A stretch of 64,000 nt of DNA from Bdellovibrionales bacterium (GTDB taxonomy: Bacteria; Bdellovibrionota; Bdellovibrionia; Bdellovibrionales; UBA1609): NCBI GenBank assembly GCA_041690295.1, contig JAWLHR010000009.1, positions 32,001 through 96,000 on the forward strand. Reading direction: 5' to 3'. This document shows, one piece after another, positions 1 through 8,442 of this stretch; within the stretch, counting starts at the first letter, position 1, and each line of letters begins with the position of its first letter. The position numbers and the translations under genes are program-made. Below the pieces are notes generated by a model. The model made no database searches. It saw only the letters and a list, made by a program, of their open reading frames with translations, and was not told the origin of the DNA.

Positions 1-2
1 CC

Positions 3-767
3 GGCGAAGGAGAACTGCAGTCCTGGGCGAAAACTGCGGGGCTACCCTGTTTGTGGATTCCCGCCGATTTGGGTGGCCGCTTTTCGGTGCTGAGCGCGGT
101 GGGGATGTTTCCGGCGGGACTTATGGGATTAAGCCGATTCGAGTTTCGCGAAGGCGCGCGTTGGGCGCTCACCCGGCTGGATCTGGCGGCCCAACTCGCG
201 GCCGTGACCGTGCGTTCTTGGGAGCGGGGTGAAATGGTCACGCACCATTGGACCTATTCCGAGGCCTTACGATCCTTCGGTCAATGGTGGCAGCAATTAT
301 GGGCGGAATCCTTGGCGAAAAAGGTGACTCGCTCGGGTGGCCCCGCGCCCGCGGTGAGCACGCCCTTACCTTGCCTCGGCCCCCGTGACCAGCACTCCCT
401 TTTGCAATTAGTGATTGAAGGCCAAACACCAAAACATGTCTTTCTCACCCGGGTTCGAGAAGTCGAGTCCCAGGGAGAAAGTTTCGAAGGGCGGTTATTC
501 GCTCAAATGCCCTTTTACCAGAAAGCGATTTCGCTCGGCTCGGTGCTCGGCGCCGAAGCCCAAGCTTTTGAACGGGCCTTGCTCGATAACCGGATACCGG
601 TTACGGCCATTGAATTGGACGGGCTGAACGAACGGACCTTTGGCGCGCTATTTATGTTATGGCAAATGACCATCGCGCTTCTGGGCGAGCATCTAAATAT
701 AAATGCGTACAACCAGCCTGGAGTCGAGTTCGGTAAAAAGCACGCCGATAAAATCTTGCGTCAATAA
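3..767 (+). CDS. pgi: Glucose-6-phosphate isomerase, C-terminal part (5' end outside the window)
   Basis: GGRFSVLSAVG, QQLWAESLAK, DQHS and NAYNQPGVEFGK motifs; frame is open from position 3. Confidence 0.92.
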   Translation, partial: GEGELQSWAKTAGLPCLWIPADLGGRFSVLSAVGMFPAGLMGLSRFEFREGARWALTRLDLAAQLAAVTVRSWERGEMVTHHWTYSEALRSFGQWWQQLWAESLAKKVTRSGGPAPAVSTPLPCLGPRDQHSLLQLVIEGQTPKHVFLTRVREVESQGESFEGRLFAQMPFYQKAISLGSVLGAEAQAFERALLDNRIPVTAIELDGLNERTFGALFMLWQMTIALLGEHLNINAYNQPGVEFGKKHADKILRQ

Positions 768-768
768 G

Positions 769-797
769 TTGTATCACTATTCGTGGTCGTTCATAAT
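769..797 (+). promoter_or_regulatory. sigma70-type promoter TTGTAT-N17-CATAAT, 7 nt before ATG805 (leaderless geometry)
   Basis: Hexamers read at 769-774 and 792-797. Confidence 0.5.
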
Positions 798-804
798 GTT
801 AAGG

Positions 805-1749
805 ATGGGCACAAATGGTGGGGACGAAGACAGCAAATCTGATTTAACCGACAAGACCAGTATTCTTCAAAGCGACACCTTTAAACTGAGAATCGCGCAA
901 GCGGGACAAGCGCCGCCGTCGCTGGTGATGTTGGTGGGACCGGTGGCCAGCGTGGGCCGTCAGTGGCCTATCGAGGATACGGATCGGATCATCGGTCGCG
1001 CGCCGACCGCTCATATTTTCGTGGACGACCGGAGTGTGTCCAAGTTTCACGCCAAGTTGGTGATGGCGGGTGGTGACGTATCGGTTATCGATTTGGAGTC
1101 GACCAATAAGACCGTGATCAACGGAAAACAAATCCAGCCCTTAATGCCGCACAAGCTTCAGAACAACGATCAAATCAAAGTCGGCAATATCATCTTCAAG
1201 TTCCTGGAGAGGGGTAGCATCGAAACGGTGGCGAGTGCGACCGCGTTTGATCGGGCGCAGACCGACGCATTGACCGGTATCGCCAATCGCGGCGCTTTGA
1301 TGGCCAAGGCGCCGGAATTGTTCAAGCGCTCCGAACTCCTTGGCATCACCTTTACGCTCATGCTTTTTGATATTGATAAGTTCAAATCCATCAACGATAC
1401 CTACGGTCACCCGGCGGGCGATTATGTGCTGTCCGAAATCGCCAAGGTGATCCGTGATAAGTTGATTCGCGGCAATGACTTTTTCGCCCGCGCCGGTGGC
1501 GAGGAATTCGCGCTGCTTTTGTTGGGCAGCCCGCCGAGGCAGGCCGAGGAAATCGCCGAACGGATTCGGGCCACCATTGAAGGGCACGAATTCATTTTTG
1601 AAGGGAAAAAACTGACCGTGACCATTTCCATCGGCATCGCCTTCAAAAATGAAAAGGACGCCAGTTGGGAGTTCGTTTACGAACGCGCCGACAAGGCCCT
1701 TTATCAATCCAAAAATAGCGGCCGTAACCGCGTTTCCGTGGCTTCTTAA
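805..1749 (+). CDS. dgcB: FHA-GGDEF diguanylate cyclase, DgcB-like
   Basis: Acidic N-terminal tail with DKTSIL; FHA motifs (IIGR, SKFHA, STNKT); GGEEF active site preceded by RGND I-site; follows pgi. Start at 805 or 796. Confidence 0.85.
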   Translation: MGTNGGDEDSKSDLTDKTSILQSDTFKLRIAQAGQAPPSLVMLVGPVASVGRQWPIEDTDRIIGRAPTAHIFVDDRSVSKFHAKLVMAGGDVSVIDLESTNKTVINGKQIQPLMPHKLQNNDQIKVGNIIFKFLERGSIETVASATAFDRAQTDALTGIANRGALMAKAPELFKRSELLGITFTLMLFDIDKFKSINDTYGHPAGDYVLSEIAKVIRDKLIRGNDFFARAGGEEFALLLLGSPPRQAEEIAERIRATIEGHEFIFEGKKLTVTISIGIAFKNEKDASWEFVYERADKALYQSKNSGRNRVSVAS

Positions 1750-2453
1750 TTCAAGCAGTAGGGGCGCGCGCGGGTCCACGACCGGATGCTCTGGTATTGC
1801 TGATCCCGGCGAAGCACGGACCAATACCTGGCGCCGCCTTTCCAGCCCCCATTGTTGGCGCGAATCACTCCATCACGGCCGACCCAGCGATTGAGGATTT
1901 TGATTCCGCAAAGCAGATTTTTAAACGGATCGTGAAGGTCATTGGCATTGGCGAGCGGGCATCCGTAGCCGAGCGCGCTTTCGATCGAGAGCTGTAAGAG
2001 ACCGCGTGAGATCACCGGCTGCCCAGAACTATCATTGAAATCTTCTTTGTACGACAGGGCGGGGTTGAAATTGCTCTCGAACTGCGCGATCGAGGAAATC
2101 AGATACACCCAGAAATTCTTCAGCTCGCTTAAGGTGAGCCGATCGTAGTTGGGGCAAAAATCGGTGCCGTCGGCGGCACGGACATTCAGCAAATCGGGAC
2201 CTTGAATTTCTAACTGTTCATAAACAAAAAGTGTCCAATCGCGGGACCCTTTGCCCTGCTCCTCCCATCGCGCGGGAAACACTTTTTCCGGAACGGGAAG
2301 GTCTTCAGTGATGTCATCTTCGGGGACCTGACCCGCGTCTCGATCTTCTCCCGGTGCCGTTGAAGGATGAGATTTTAATGAGGCGACCTGGCCACCGCAT
2401 CCAACTATAGCGGAAGCGATAATAAATAAGGACATGGGCCGGAGCCGGAACAT
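1746..2453 (-). CDS. Lipoprotein lysozyme / SLT-fold enzyme, DslA-like
   Basis: Lipobox IVGC; FES...YKE glutamate pair; SRGLLQLS; DPFKNLLCG; RYWSVLR. Confidence 0.75.
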   Translation of the reverse strand: MFRLRPMSLFIIASAIVGCGGQVASLKSHPSTAPGEDRDAGQVPEDDITEDLPVPEKVFPARWEEQGKGSRDWTLFVYEQLEIQGPDLLNVRAADGTDFCPNYDRLTLSELKNFWVYLISSIAQFESNFNPALSYKEDFNDSSGQPVISRGLLQLSIESALGYGCPLANANDLHDPFKNLLCGIKILNRWVGRDGVIRANNGGWKGGARYWSVLRRDQQYQSIRSWTRARPYCLN

Positions 2454-2460
2454 GTTCTGG

Positions 2461-2488
2461 ATATCGGCGCGCCCGACCTAAGTCATGA
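2461..2488 (-). promoter_or_regulatory. sigma28 (FliA)-like promoter TCATG-N15-GCCGATAT, 7 nt before ATG2453
   Basis: Same spacing as four other sites in the window. Confidence 0.55.
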
Positions 2489-2751
2489 ATGTTGAAAACT
2501 CTGTTGATGACTTGGTCAGCGGAGGCGGCCAAAGCCCAGTGAATTGATGACACTGCCCACGTAATAAGCAGTGGCGAAAAGACCCCTGGACGATCGTAAA
2601 ACCCGCGCCAAATGGAGCTGAGCCGGCGCGGGATTTGGCCCCGCCCTTGCTCTAGCGTGATGGCGAGGGAGGAGGCGGGAAGGCGCCACTGAATTCACTT
2701 CCAAGTCAAAGTTCTCGTCTTGATCACCGCGGCCGCCGGCAACCGTGGTGA
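2475..2751 (+). ncRNA. Candidate structured RNA / 5' leader of the ECF sigma gene
   Basis: Several nested inverted repeats; G-U pairs favour the + strand; no Rfam family recognised. Confidence 0.35.
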
Positions 2752-2813
2752 AAAAATCAAAACGCATTAACCGACTGGGCGAACGGCTTGGTCTAACAGG
2801 GGAGAAAGCGTCC

Positions 2814-3422
2814 ATGAAGACGGACCTTGAACTCATACAGGATGTGAAGAATGGTTCAAAAAAATCTTTCGAGGCTCTGGTGCTCAGGCATCAGAAGTTT
2901 CTGTTGAAAGTGATCGTGCGGATGACCCGGGATTTGGACGCCGCCGAGGATGTCGTGCAAGACGCGTTCGTGAAAGCGTTTCGAAGGTTATCACTTTTCG
3001 AAGGGCGAAGCTCTTTCCGCAGCTGGTTGTATCAGATCGCGGTGAACACCGCCCGCAACCGCTTTCGCGATAACCAACGGGAGTTCCTGGGAACGGACGG
3101 CATCGAGATCATGGTTGACGGCGAAAGCGAAAACCAGCTGATGGCGACGGACGTCCGCAAGATGATCCAACGGGAAGTCGATCGTCTGCCGGAACGCCAG
3201 AAAACCGCGTTGAGCTTGCGCATTTTCGAGGATTTAAGTTTCAAAGAAATCGCCGACATCATGCAATGCCCCTATGACACGGCCAAGGCCAATTACCGGC
3301 ATGCGCTTTTGAAACTTAAGGACCGGCTTTCGGGCAGCGCCACATTGAAAAACTGGACCGAACCGCCCCGTTATTCGTTTTTGGATTTTGAGTTACAGGC
3401 GCCGCCCAAAGCGGCCAATTGA
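2814..3422 (+). CDS. ECF-type RNA polymerase sigma factor (RpoE-like)
   Basis: Region 2 AEDVVQDAFVKA...SFRSWLYQIAVNTARN; region 4 LPERQK...SFKEIADIM; GGAG RBS upstream. Confidence 0.92.
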   Translation: MKTDLELIQDVKNGSKKSFEALVLRHQKFLLKVIVRMTRDLDAAEDVVQDAFVKAFRRLSLFEGRSSFRSWLYQIAVNTARNRFRDNQREFLGTDGIEIMVDGESENQLMATDVRKMIQREVDRLPERQKTALSLRIFEDLSFKEIADIMQCPYDTAKANYRHALLKLKDRLSGSATLKNWTEPPRYSFLDFELQAPPKAAN

Positions 3423-3449
3423 GAATTTGAATCCACTGGAGGTCGAAAT

Positions 3450-3641
3450 ATGGTCGATGAAGAATTGCTGGAGTTCGAGATTGAACTCGTCCGCTGGCTG
3501 AAAAGAAATGATCCGGTCAATGAGCTGCCGATTGAAGAGCGCTTGCAACGCATCCATCAGAACGTGATGGCCACAGTGGACGTGACTCCGGGAATTGAAG
3601 CGGCCGCGCCTAAACCGGACACAAACTCTTTGAGCTTCTGA
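3450..3641 (+). CDS. Small hypothetical protein, possible anti-sigma partner
   Basis: GGAGGT RBS upstream; directly after the ECF gene; helical, acidic N-terminus. Confidence 0.55.
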   Translation: MVDEELLEFEIELVRWLKRNDPVNELPIEERLQRIHQNVMATVDVTPGIEAAAPKPDTNSLSF

Positions 3642-4654
3642 TCCGGTTTCTTCGATTTCTCCAAGGTTTTAAGGTAAGCGAGGGTTTTGTGAAAATCCCC
3701 GCCGAAATGGCGATAGAGCTTGGCGAAATCCTCGAGTTCATACTCGTAAGTTCGGTAGGCCAAAAGAACCGCGTTGTTCAATGTCCGGCGCCCGAACTCA
3801 TCGTAAAGCGACGTGCGCAATTTGGGTTTCACTTCGGTCAGAAATCTTTTTTGAATCTCGCTTAGACGCTCGGCCTTGGCGGCGGGATCGGTTTGTCCCT
3901 TACGCTCTTCGTACCACTTCTTCAAGTCTTCCAGTTCCCGGCTCAGGAACGTTGAAAAGATCCGTTGGTCCTCGCTATCCGCCAGGGCCTTTTTTATATT
4001 TTCTGAATCGTCGCCCTCGGTTTCCCGGTAAAAGAGAATCATTCCTTCGCGACCCAAAAAGGTGGCCATGCGTTCGTTGAATTCGGCGGCGTTTTTAATG
4101 AACAACGTGGTGTGAATGGTTTCATGAATGATTAATTCGACCAGATCGTAGTCTTCGTATTTCAGCATACTCGATAGTACGGCGTCTTCGAACCAGCCGA
4201 GCGTGGAGTACGCCGAAACGCCGCGAACCGAGGTGTCGAATCCCTGCTCACGCAATCGCGCGGCCTCCTTTTCCGCGAGTTCCTTGCGGAAATACCCCTT
4301 ATAAGGAACCTTGCCGACGAACGGGAATTTCCATTCATAAGGTTTAAGTTCAAACGGATAAGCCGCCTGCACGATGTAAGTGACATAAGGGGAGTCCAGT
4401 TTCACGTAGCTTGTGTAGTTGCGCGACTTCTTAAGCCCCAGCTTTTCCTCGGCGAACTTTTTGGTTTCCTGCACCAGCCGAAGTTTACGTTTTTCGGCGT
4501 CGGAAACTTTTCCGCTCTTCAACACCCTTTCAATGGGTTCGCGCGAACTGTTGATCTTGGTTTGGTGATAAGCGCTATGCAGGTAATAGCCGAGCTGGCA
4601 GCCCGTGCCCACGACAATGACAAAAACCAACGATATGGCTCTTAAAAGAGCCAC
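3557..4654 (-). CDS. Putative zinc aminopeptidase lipoprotein (DUF2265/Aminopep-like)
   Basis: Lipobox-like GTGC; W.FPFVG.VPYKGYF; AYSTLGWF.D; HETIH (HExxH) with NE downstream; GTG start inferred. Confidence 0.85.
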   Translation of the reverse strand: MALLRAISLVFVIVVGTGCQLGYYLHSAYHQTKINSSREPIERVLKSGKVSDAEKRKLRLVQETKKFAEEKLGLKKSRNYTSYVKLDSPYVTYIVQAAYPFELKPYEWKFPFVGKVPYKGYFRKELAEKEAARLREQGFDTSVRGVSAYSTLGWFEDAVLSSMLKYEDYDLVELIIHETIHTTLFIKNAAEFNERMATFLGREGMILFYRETEGDDSENIKKALADSEDQRIFSTFLSRELEDLKKWYEERKGQTDPAAKAERLSEIQKRFLTEVKPKLRTSLYDEFGRRTLNNAVLLAYRTYEYELEDFAKLYRHFGGDFHKTLAYLKTLEKSKKPDQKLKEFVSGLGAAASIPGVTSTVAITF

Positions 4655-5199
4655 GACACTCCCGCCCGGCCGGCGTAGTCCACGATCACCGGATCTTGAT
4701 TGAGTGGTGATGTCCAAGCGTCCACACCGATTTTGATGCTGAACTGTTTGGTGAGGCTGATCGCGAATCCCAACCCGCCGCTGGGAACCGCGCCCTGCTG
4801 GGTGGAGATTTTATCCTTCGAGAAACCTTCCACCTGCCGGAAGCGCTCTTTGCTGAGGTAACCGCCGCCCAGTTTTATGTAAGGCCGGAAGGGATCCTGG
4901 CGACCGGCGAAGGAAAGAACCAAATCGAAAGACACCATGTCGATGTTATCCTCAACCGTGGTGCGCGCGTCGGTGCCCGCTTGAGTGGATTGCTTTGAAT
5001 AGCCCGTGGTGTAGTTCAGTTCCAGGGCGCAGAGTTCCCAGAAATAATAGGAGAAGGATGCGGTGTAACTCAGACTTTGAATGTAATTGTTTTCGTCATA
5101 TCCGCTCGAACGGTAGTTGGCGGAGGCGCCAAGTTCGATAAAACCCGCGTGGGCGACCGGTGTCGCCAAGGCGATAAGTAGCGGCAAAATCCAATTCAT
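4642..5199 (-). CDS. Small outer-membrane beta-barrel protein
   Basis: Signal peptide ending AHA; alternating beta-strands; RPYIKLGGG; C-terminal WLF. Confidence 0.8.
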   Translation of the reverse strand: MNWILPLLIALATPVAHAGFIELGASANYRSSGYDENNYIQSLSYTASFSYYFWELCALELNYTTGYSKQSTQAGTDARTTVEDNIDMVSFDLVLSFAGRQDPFRPYIKLGGGYLSKERFRQVEGFSKDKISTQQGAVPSGGLGFAISLTKQFSIKIGVDAWTSPLNQDPVIVDYAGRAGVSWLF

Positions 5200-5242
5200 C
5201 CTTACGATTTTATCAAAGAAGGTGAGAGCGCGAGGGGCCAGA

Positions 5243-6073
5243 TCAGTTGTAGCCTGGGCCAAAGTGCGGCGTGAATTGGACGTGGAAGCCGTACTTCAGA
5301 CGGATGAAGCCGTCGTCCTCGACCATCTCCCGGGGCGGATTCAAAAAAGGCGCGGCGGAGCGAAAAGCATCGATGGTGGTTTGATCGAGATGTCGATCCC
5401 CGGACGACTGATGCAGGACTGAACGCACGAAATCGCCGGACCGGTTCAGCACGATTTCGATCACGGTCTGGCGATCTTGTTTGGAAAGCCGTTCGAGATC
5501 CTGGCGGGAAAGATTCCGCACATAAGCGCGCACCTCACTGACCCAACGGTTCCGCACCTGCTCATTCATGCGGGCGAAAAACGCGTAATAGGTGAATTGA
5601 TCGGCGTTTAAAGCGGTGAAGGCGCCTTCCTGAATCCCCGGAATGTATTCGGCGATACTGGACGCGCCGATGGCCACTTGTCTGAGTTGCGGCCCGGTTC
5701 CCGGTGTGCCCGTTCCCTCGCCGCGAGGGAGGCCGGTTCCACCCACTCGCTCCGAGGGTTTCAACGTCGGCTTGAATGAATCCAACGCGTTTCGCGTGGG
5801 GCCCGAGTTTCGCGCCTTCATCTGTTGCTTCACCCGTTTGGTGAAGCGGGACAGGTAATCCGCTTGATCTTTCAGCTGGTCGAAAACGTCTTTTTGTTGG
5901 TTCTCGGTTTCGGTGACGAAAGTTTTTCCGCGGTCCCGTTCGATCAAAGTGATTTCGGTGGGGCCCTCGCCGCGGTCGGGAGGCTTGGCATTGAATAGGG
6001 CGAAGATCATGGCGGCATGGAAAATGAGACTGAGGAAAAGGCCGTAAAATGCGCGGTCGGGACCGTGATTCAT
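5243..6073 (-). CDS. TonB/TolA-family energy transducer
   Basis: N-terminal TM with SLIFH (SxxxH); Pro/Gly linker; C-terminal SSGDRHLDQ...AAPFLNPP. Confidence 0.8.
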   Translation of the reverse strand: MNHGPDRAFYGLFLSLIFHAAMIFALFNAKPPDRGEGPTEITLIERDRGKTFVTETENQQKDVFDQLKDQADYLSRFTKRVKQQMKARNSGPTRNALDSFKPTLKPSERVGGTGLPRGEGTGTPGTGPQLRQVAIGASSIAEYIPGIQEGAFTALNADQFTYYAFFARMNEQVRNRWVSEVRAYVRNLSRQDLERLSKQDRQTVIEIVLNRSGDFVRSVLHQSSGDRHLDQTTIDAFRSAAPFLNPPREMVEDDGFIRLKYGFHVQFTPHFGPGYN

Positions 6074-6122
6074 TTTGAGACACATTTCATCCTTGAACCA
6101 GGCCGAGGTCAAGGATCATGCC

Positions 6123-6150
6123 TAAAGCTGAGACGGTTTATGGCCGATAG
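6123..6150 (+). promoter_or_regulatory. sigma28-like promoter TAAAG-N15-GCCGATAG
   Basis: Near-consensus FliA boxes 9 nt before ATG6160. Confidence 0.65.
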
Positions 6151-6159
6151 GGATATTGA

Positions 6160-6687
6160 ATGGAAAATCGAATGAAAAATGTAATCGATGTCACTCGCCG
6201 TCTGAAAATCAAAGAAAACGGATCGGTACGGACAAAGCCGCACGCCGAGGCTCCGATCATCGATATTACCGAAAAGCGGACGGAAATCATCCAGTCGGAA
6301 AGGCGTAAAGTCCGCCGGACGATTCTGAGTGAATTCATCTCCGCCTTCGCCGTCGTTCCCAAGAAAGGTTTACTTAAGGTTGTCCTGGCGGATATTTCCG
6401 AGGACGGCCTGGCTTTCGATGTCGACGCTAAAGCCGGCCATTTCCGCGTGGGCGAAGAGATCGCCATGCGGGTCTATCTCAATCATGAAACTTATTTCGG
6501 GTTCATCGTCAAAGTCCAAAACGTCAGGGGCATGGCTGAGGACGGGGTTTTCCGCCATGGGGTCCACTTCGTGAAAGGGACGATCAATGACGAAGCCCTT
6601 TACCATTTCGTCAGGTTCCTTGAAACCGTTAGTGCCTCATTACAGACGGACCAAGGCGACATTCAGGTTTCCAACCTTACGCGTTGA
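6160..6687 (+). CDS. PilZ-domain protein (c-di-GMP receptor)
   Basis: RRKVRR (RxxxR) and DISEDG (DxSxxG) motifs; C-terminal GVHF. Confidence 0.8.
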   Translation: MENRMKNVIDVTRRLKIKENGSVRTKPHAEAPIIDITEKRTEIIQSERRKVRRTILSEFISAFAVVPKKGLLKVVLADISEDGLAFDVDAKAGHFRVGEEIAMRVYLNHETYFGFIVKVQNVRGMAEDGVFRHGVHFVKGTINDEALYHFVRFLETVSASLQTDQGDIQVSNLTR

Positions 6688-6771
6688 TCCTATACAAGAC
6701 TAAAAAACTGCGCTGAGATGAAAACTGCCGCACTGGCTAGCTGCGGCTGTGTGAGGAGGGCTCTGAGCTCT

Positions 6772-8100
6772 ATGACATTACCGGGAAAGTGCGACCGTAA
6801 GATTGTGGTCGACACGAACGTGATCCTGTTTGACGCTTTGGCCATCAACAAATTCAAATCCGCGGACATCTACATCCCGTTTTCCGTGATCGAGGAAATC
6901 GACCGCTTCAAACGGGATTTGGGTGAGAACGGCCGGAACGCCCGGCACTTTTCCCGCTTCGTCGACGTTTTACGTGATCAAGGTTCCTTGGCTCAGGGCG
7001 TGGCGCTCGAATCGTCCAAATCCCTGGTGTACGTGATCTCCGACTTCAATTTCAGCGGCCTGCCATCGGAAATGAACCTGAGCATCCCGGATCACCGGAT
7101 TCTGGCCACCGCTTACACGCTCAAAAAGCAGAACCCGAATGCGGAAGTCGAGCTGGTCACCAAAGACATCAATCTTCGCATTAAAGCGGACGTGTTCGGT
7201 ATCGACGCGCGCGACTACGACCCCGAAAACACCCACCTCGAGGACATGTACAAAGGGGTCAAGGAAATCGATCTCGATCCCCAGCAGATCGACAATTTCT
7301 ACCGTGATCGCGGTCTGGAATTGGACGGTGAAATTAAATTTTTCGCGAATCAGTATTTGATCATGCGGGACCGCGCGAACCCCAATCATTCGGCCATCGG
7401 GCGCTATGACGAAAAATTGGGGAGAATCGTTCCACTGATTTCGCCGACCGAAAGTGTTTGGGGCATTCACCCCCGTAACATGGAGCAGTCTTTCGCCTTC
7501 GATGCCTTATTGAACGACGAATTGTTATTCGTCTCATTGGTGGGTAAGGCGGGAACCGGAAAAACATTGCTGGCCCTGGCCGCCGGTCTTCACAAAACCC
7601 TGGATGAGGGCCGGTTTCAGCGCTTATTGGTGAGTCGCCCGATTTTTCCCATGGGCCGCGACATCGGCTATCTTCCGGGCGATGTGGAACAAAAACTGAA
7701 CCCCTGGATGCAGCCGATCTTCGACAACGTCGAGTTCCTATTGGGCGCCGATAAAAAGGCGGCGGGCCGGGCCCAAGAACTGATCAATCAAGGCATGCTC
7801 AATATCGAACCGCTCACGTACATCCGCGGTCGCAGCATTCCCAACCAGTATCTGATCGTCGATGAGTCCCAGAACCTCACGCCCCACGAGATCAAAACCA
7901 TCGTCACCCGCGCCGGACAGGGGACGAAAGTCGTGCTCACGGGTGATTGTTATCAGATTGATAACCCCTATATCGACGCGTCCAACTCGGGTCTCACGTA
8001 CTCGGTGGAGCGCTTCAAGGGCCAGCGCATTTCCGCGCATGTGTCTTTGACCAAGGGCGAGCGTTCCGAACTCGCCGAACTCGCGGCCAATATTCTCTAA
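6772..8100 (+). CDS. PIN-PhoH family protein (PhoH2/YlaK-like)
   Basis: PIN motifs VDTNV and VTKDINLRIKA; GKAGTGKT; IGYLPG; YIRGRS; DESQN; GAGGAGG RBS. Confidence 0.92.
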   Translation: MTLPGKCDRKIVVDTNVILFDALAINKFKSADIYIPFSVIEEIDRFKRDLGENGRNARHFSRFVDVLRDQGSLAQGVALESSKSLVYVISDFNFSGLPSEMNLSIPDHRILATAYTLKKQNPNAEVELVTKDINLRIKADVFGIDARDYDPENTHLEDMYKGVKEIDLDPQQIDNFYRDRGLELDGEIKFFANQYLIMRDRANPNHSAIGRYDEKLGRIVPLISPTESVWGIHPRNMEQSFAFDALLNDELLFVSLVGKAGTGKTLLALAAGLHKTLDEGRFQRLLVSRPIFPMGRDIGYLPGDVEQKLNPWMQPIFDNVEFLLGADKKAAGRAQELINQGMLNIEPLTYIRGRSIPNQYLIVDESQNLTPHEIKTIVTRAGQGTKVVLTGDCYQIDNPYIDASNSGLTYSVERFKGQRISAHVSLTKGERSELAELAANIL

Positions 8101-8157
8101 CTTATCGGGACTGGACCAAGGGCGTATCTTTAGCCTCCCTGGGTCCGGACCGATAAG
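8101..8157. terminator. Long imperfect hairpin after the phoH stop
   Basis: CTTATCGG/CCGATAAG, CTGGACC/GGTCCGG and AGGG/CCCT arms. Confidence 0.45.
8129..8156 (+). promoter_or_regulatory. sigma28-like promoter TTTAG-N15-ACCGATAA, 7 nt before ATG8164
   Basis: Motif and spacing match the other sites. Confidence 0.55.
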
Positions 8158-8163
8158 TTCAAC

Positions 8164-8442
8164 ATGTACTTACAAGGAAATTTACAGGCGATTTTCGATG
8201 CCCTCTACCACATGGGAGTGATTGATCCGGTGTTGGAAATGGATTGGTCCCAGGCATTGGATCAGATGCCCGAACATGTGGACGAATTTTTCCGCATCGT
8301 GAGCGTCGCGAACACGTGTCAGGACGACATGGAAGAACTGATGAGCAATTTGAAAAAATTCGATCAAAGAACGCTGAGTTATTTAGCCATGGAGGTGGCC
8401 CGTGAGTATGCCGACTATCACTCGCGCGAAACTCTGCATTAG
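8164..8442 (+). CDS. Hypothetical helical protein (92 aa)
   Basis: Clean ORF filling the gap and overlapping the next gene; promoter upstream. Confidence 0.75.
   Translation: MYLQGNLQAIFDALYHMGVIDPVLEMDWSQALDQMPEHVDEFFRIVSVANTCQDDMEELMSNLKKFDQRTLSYLAMEVAREYADYHSRETLH

Noticed and set aside
703..804. Longer N-termini in the ORF track (dgcB 703, ECF 2745, pyrG 21472, pilD 55205, engB 20138)
   Set aside because: They overlap upstream genes or promoter boxes; downstream ATGs fit motifs and promoter geometry better
2508..2576. ~30-nt periodicity suggesting a mini-CRISPR
   Set aside because: The periodic 8-mers differ from each other; no true direct repeats and no cas genes
2550..2700. Cobalamin-riboswitch-like words GCCACTG and GGGAAGGC
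   Set aside because: Wrong order on the + strand, other core elements missing, and no B12-related gene adjacent
2516..2836. 106-aa minus-strand ORF
   Set aside because: Arg/Pro-rich, non-coding-like composition; overlaps the ECF start
6772..8100. PIN-PhoH as a toxin-antitoxin or defence system
   Set aside because: No antitoxin ORF upstream; widespread housekeeping family
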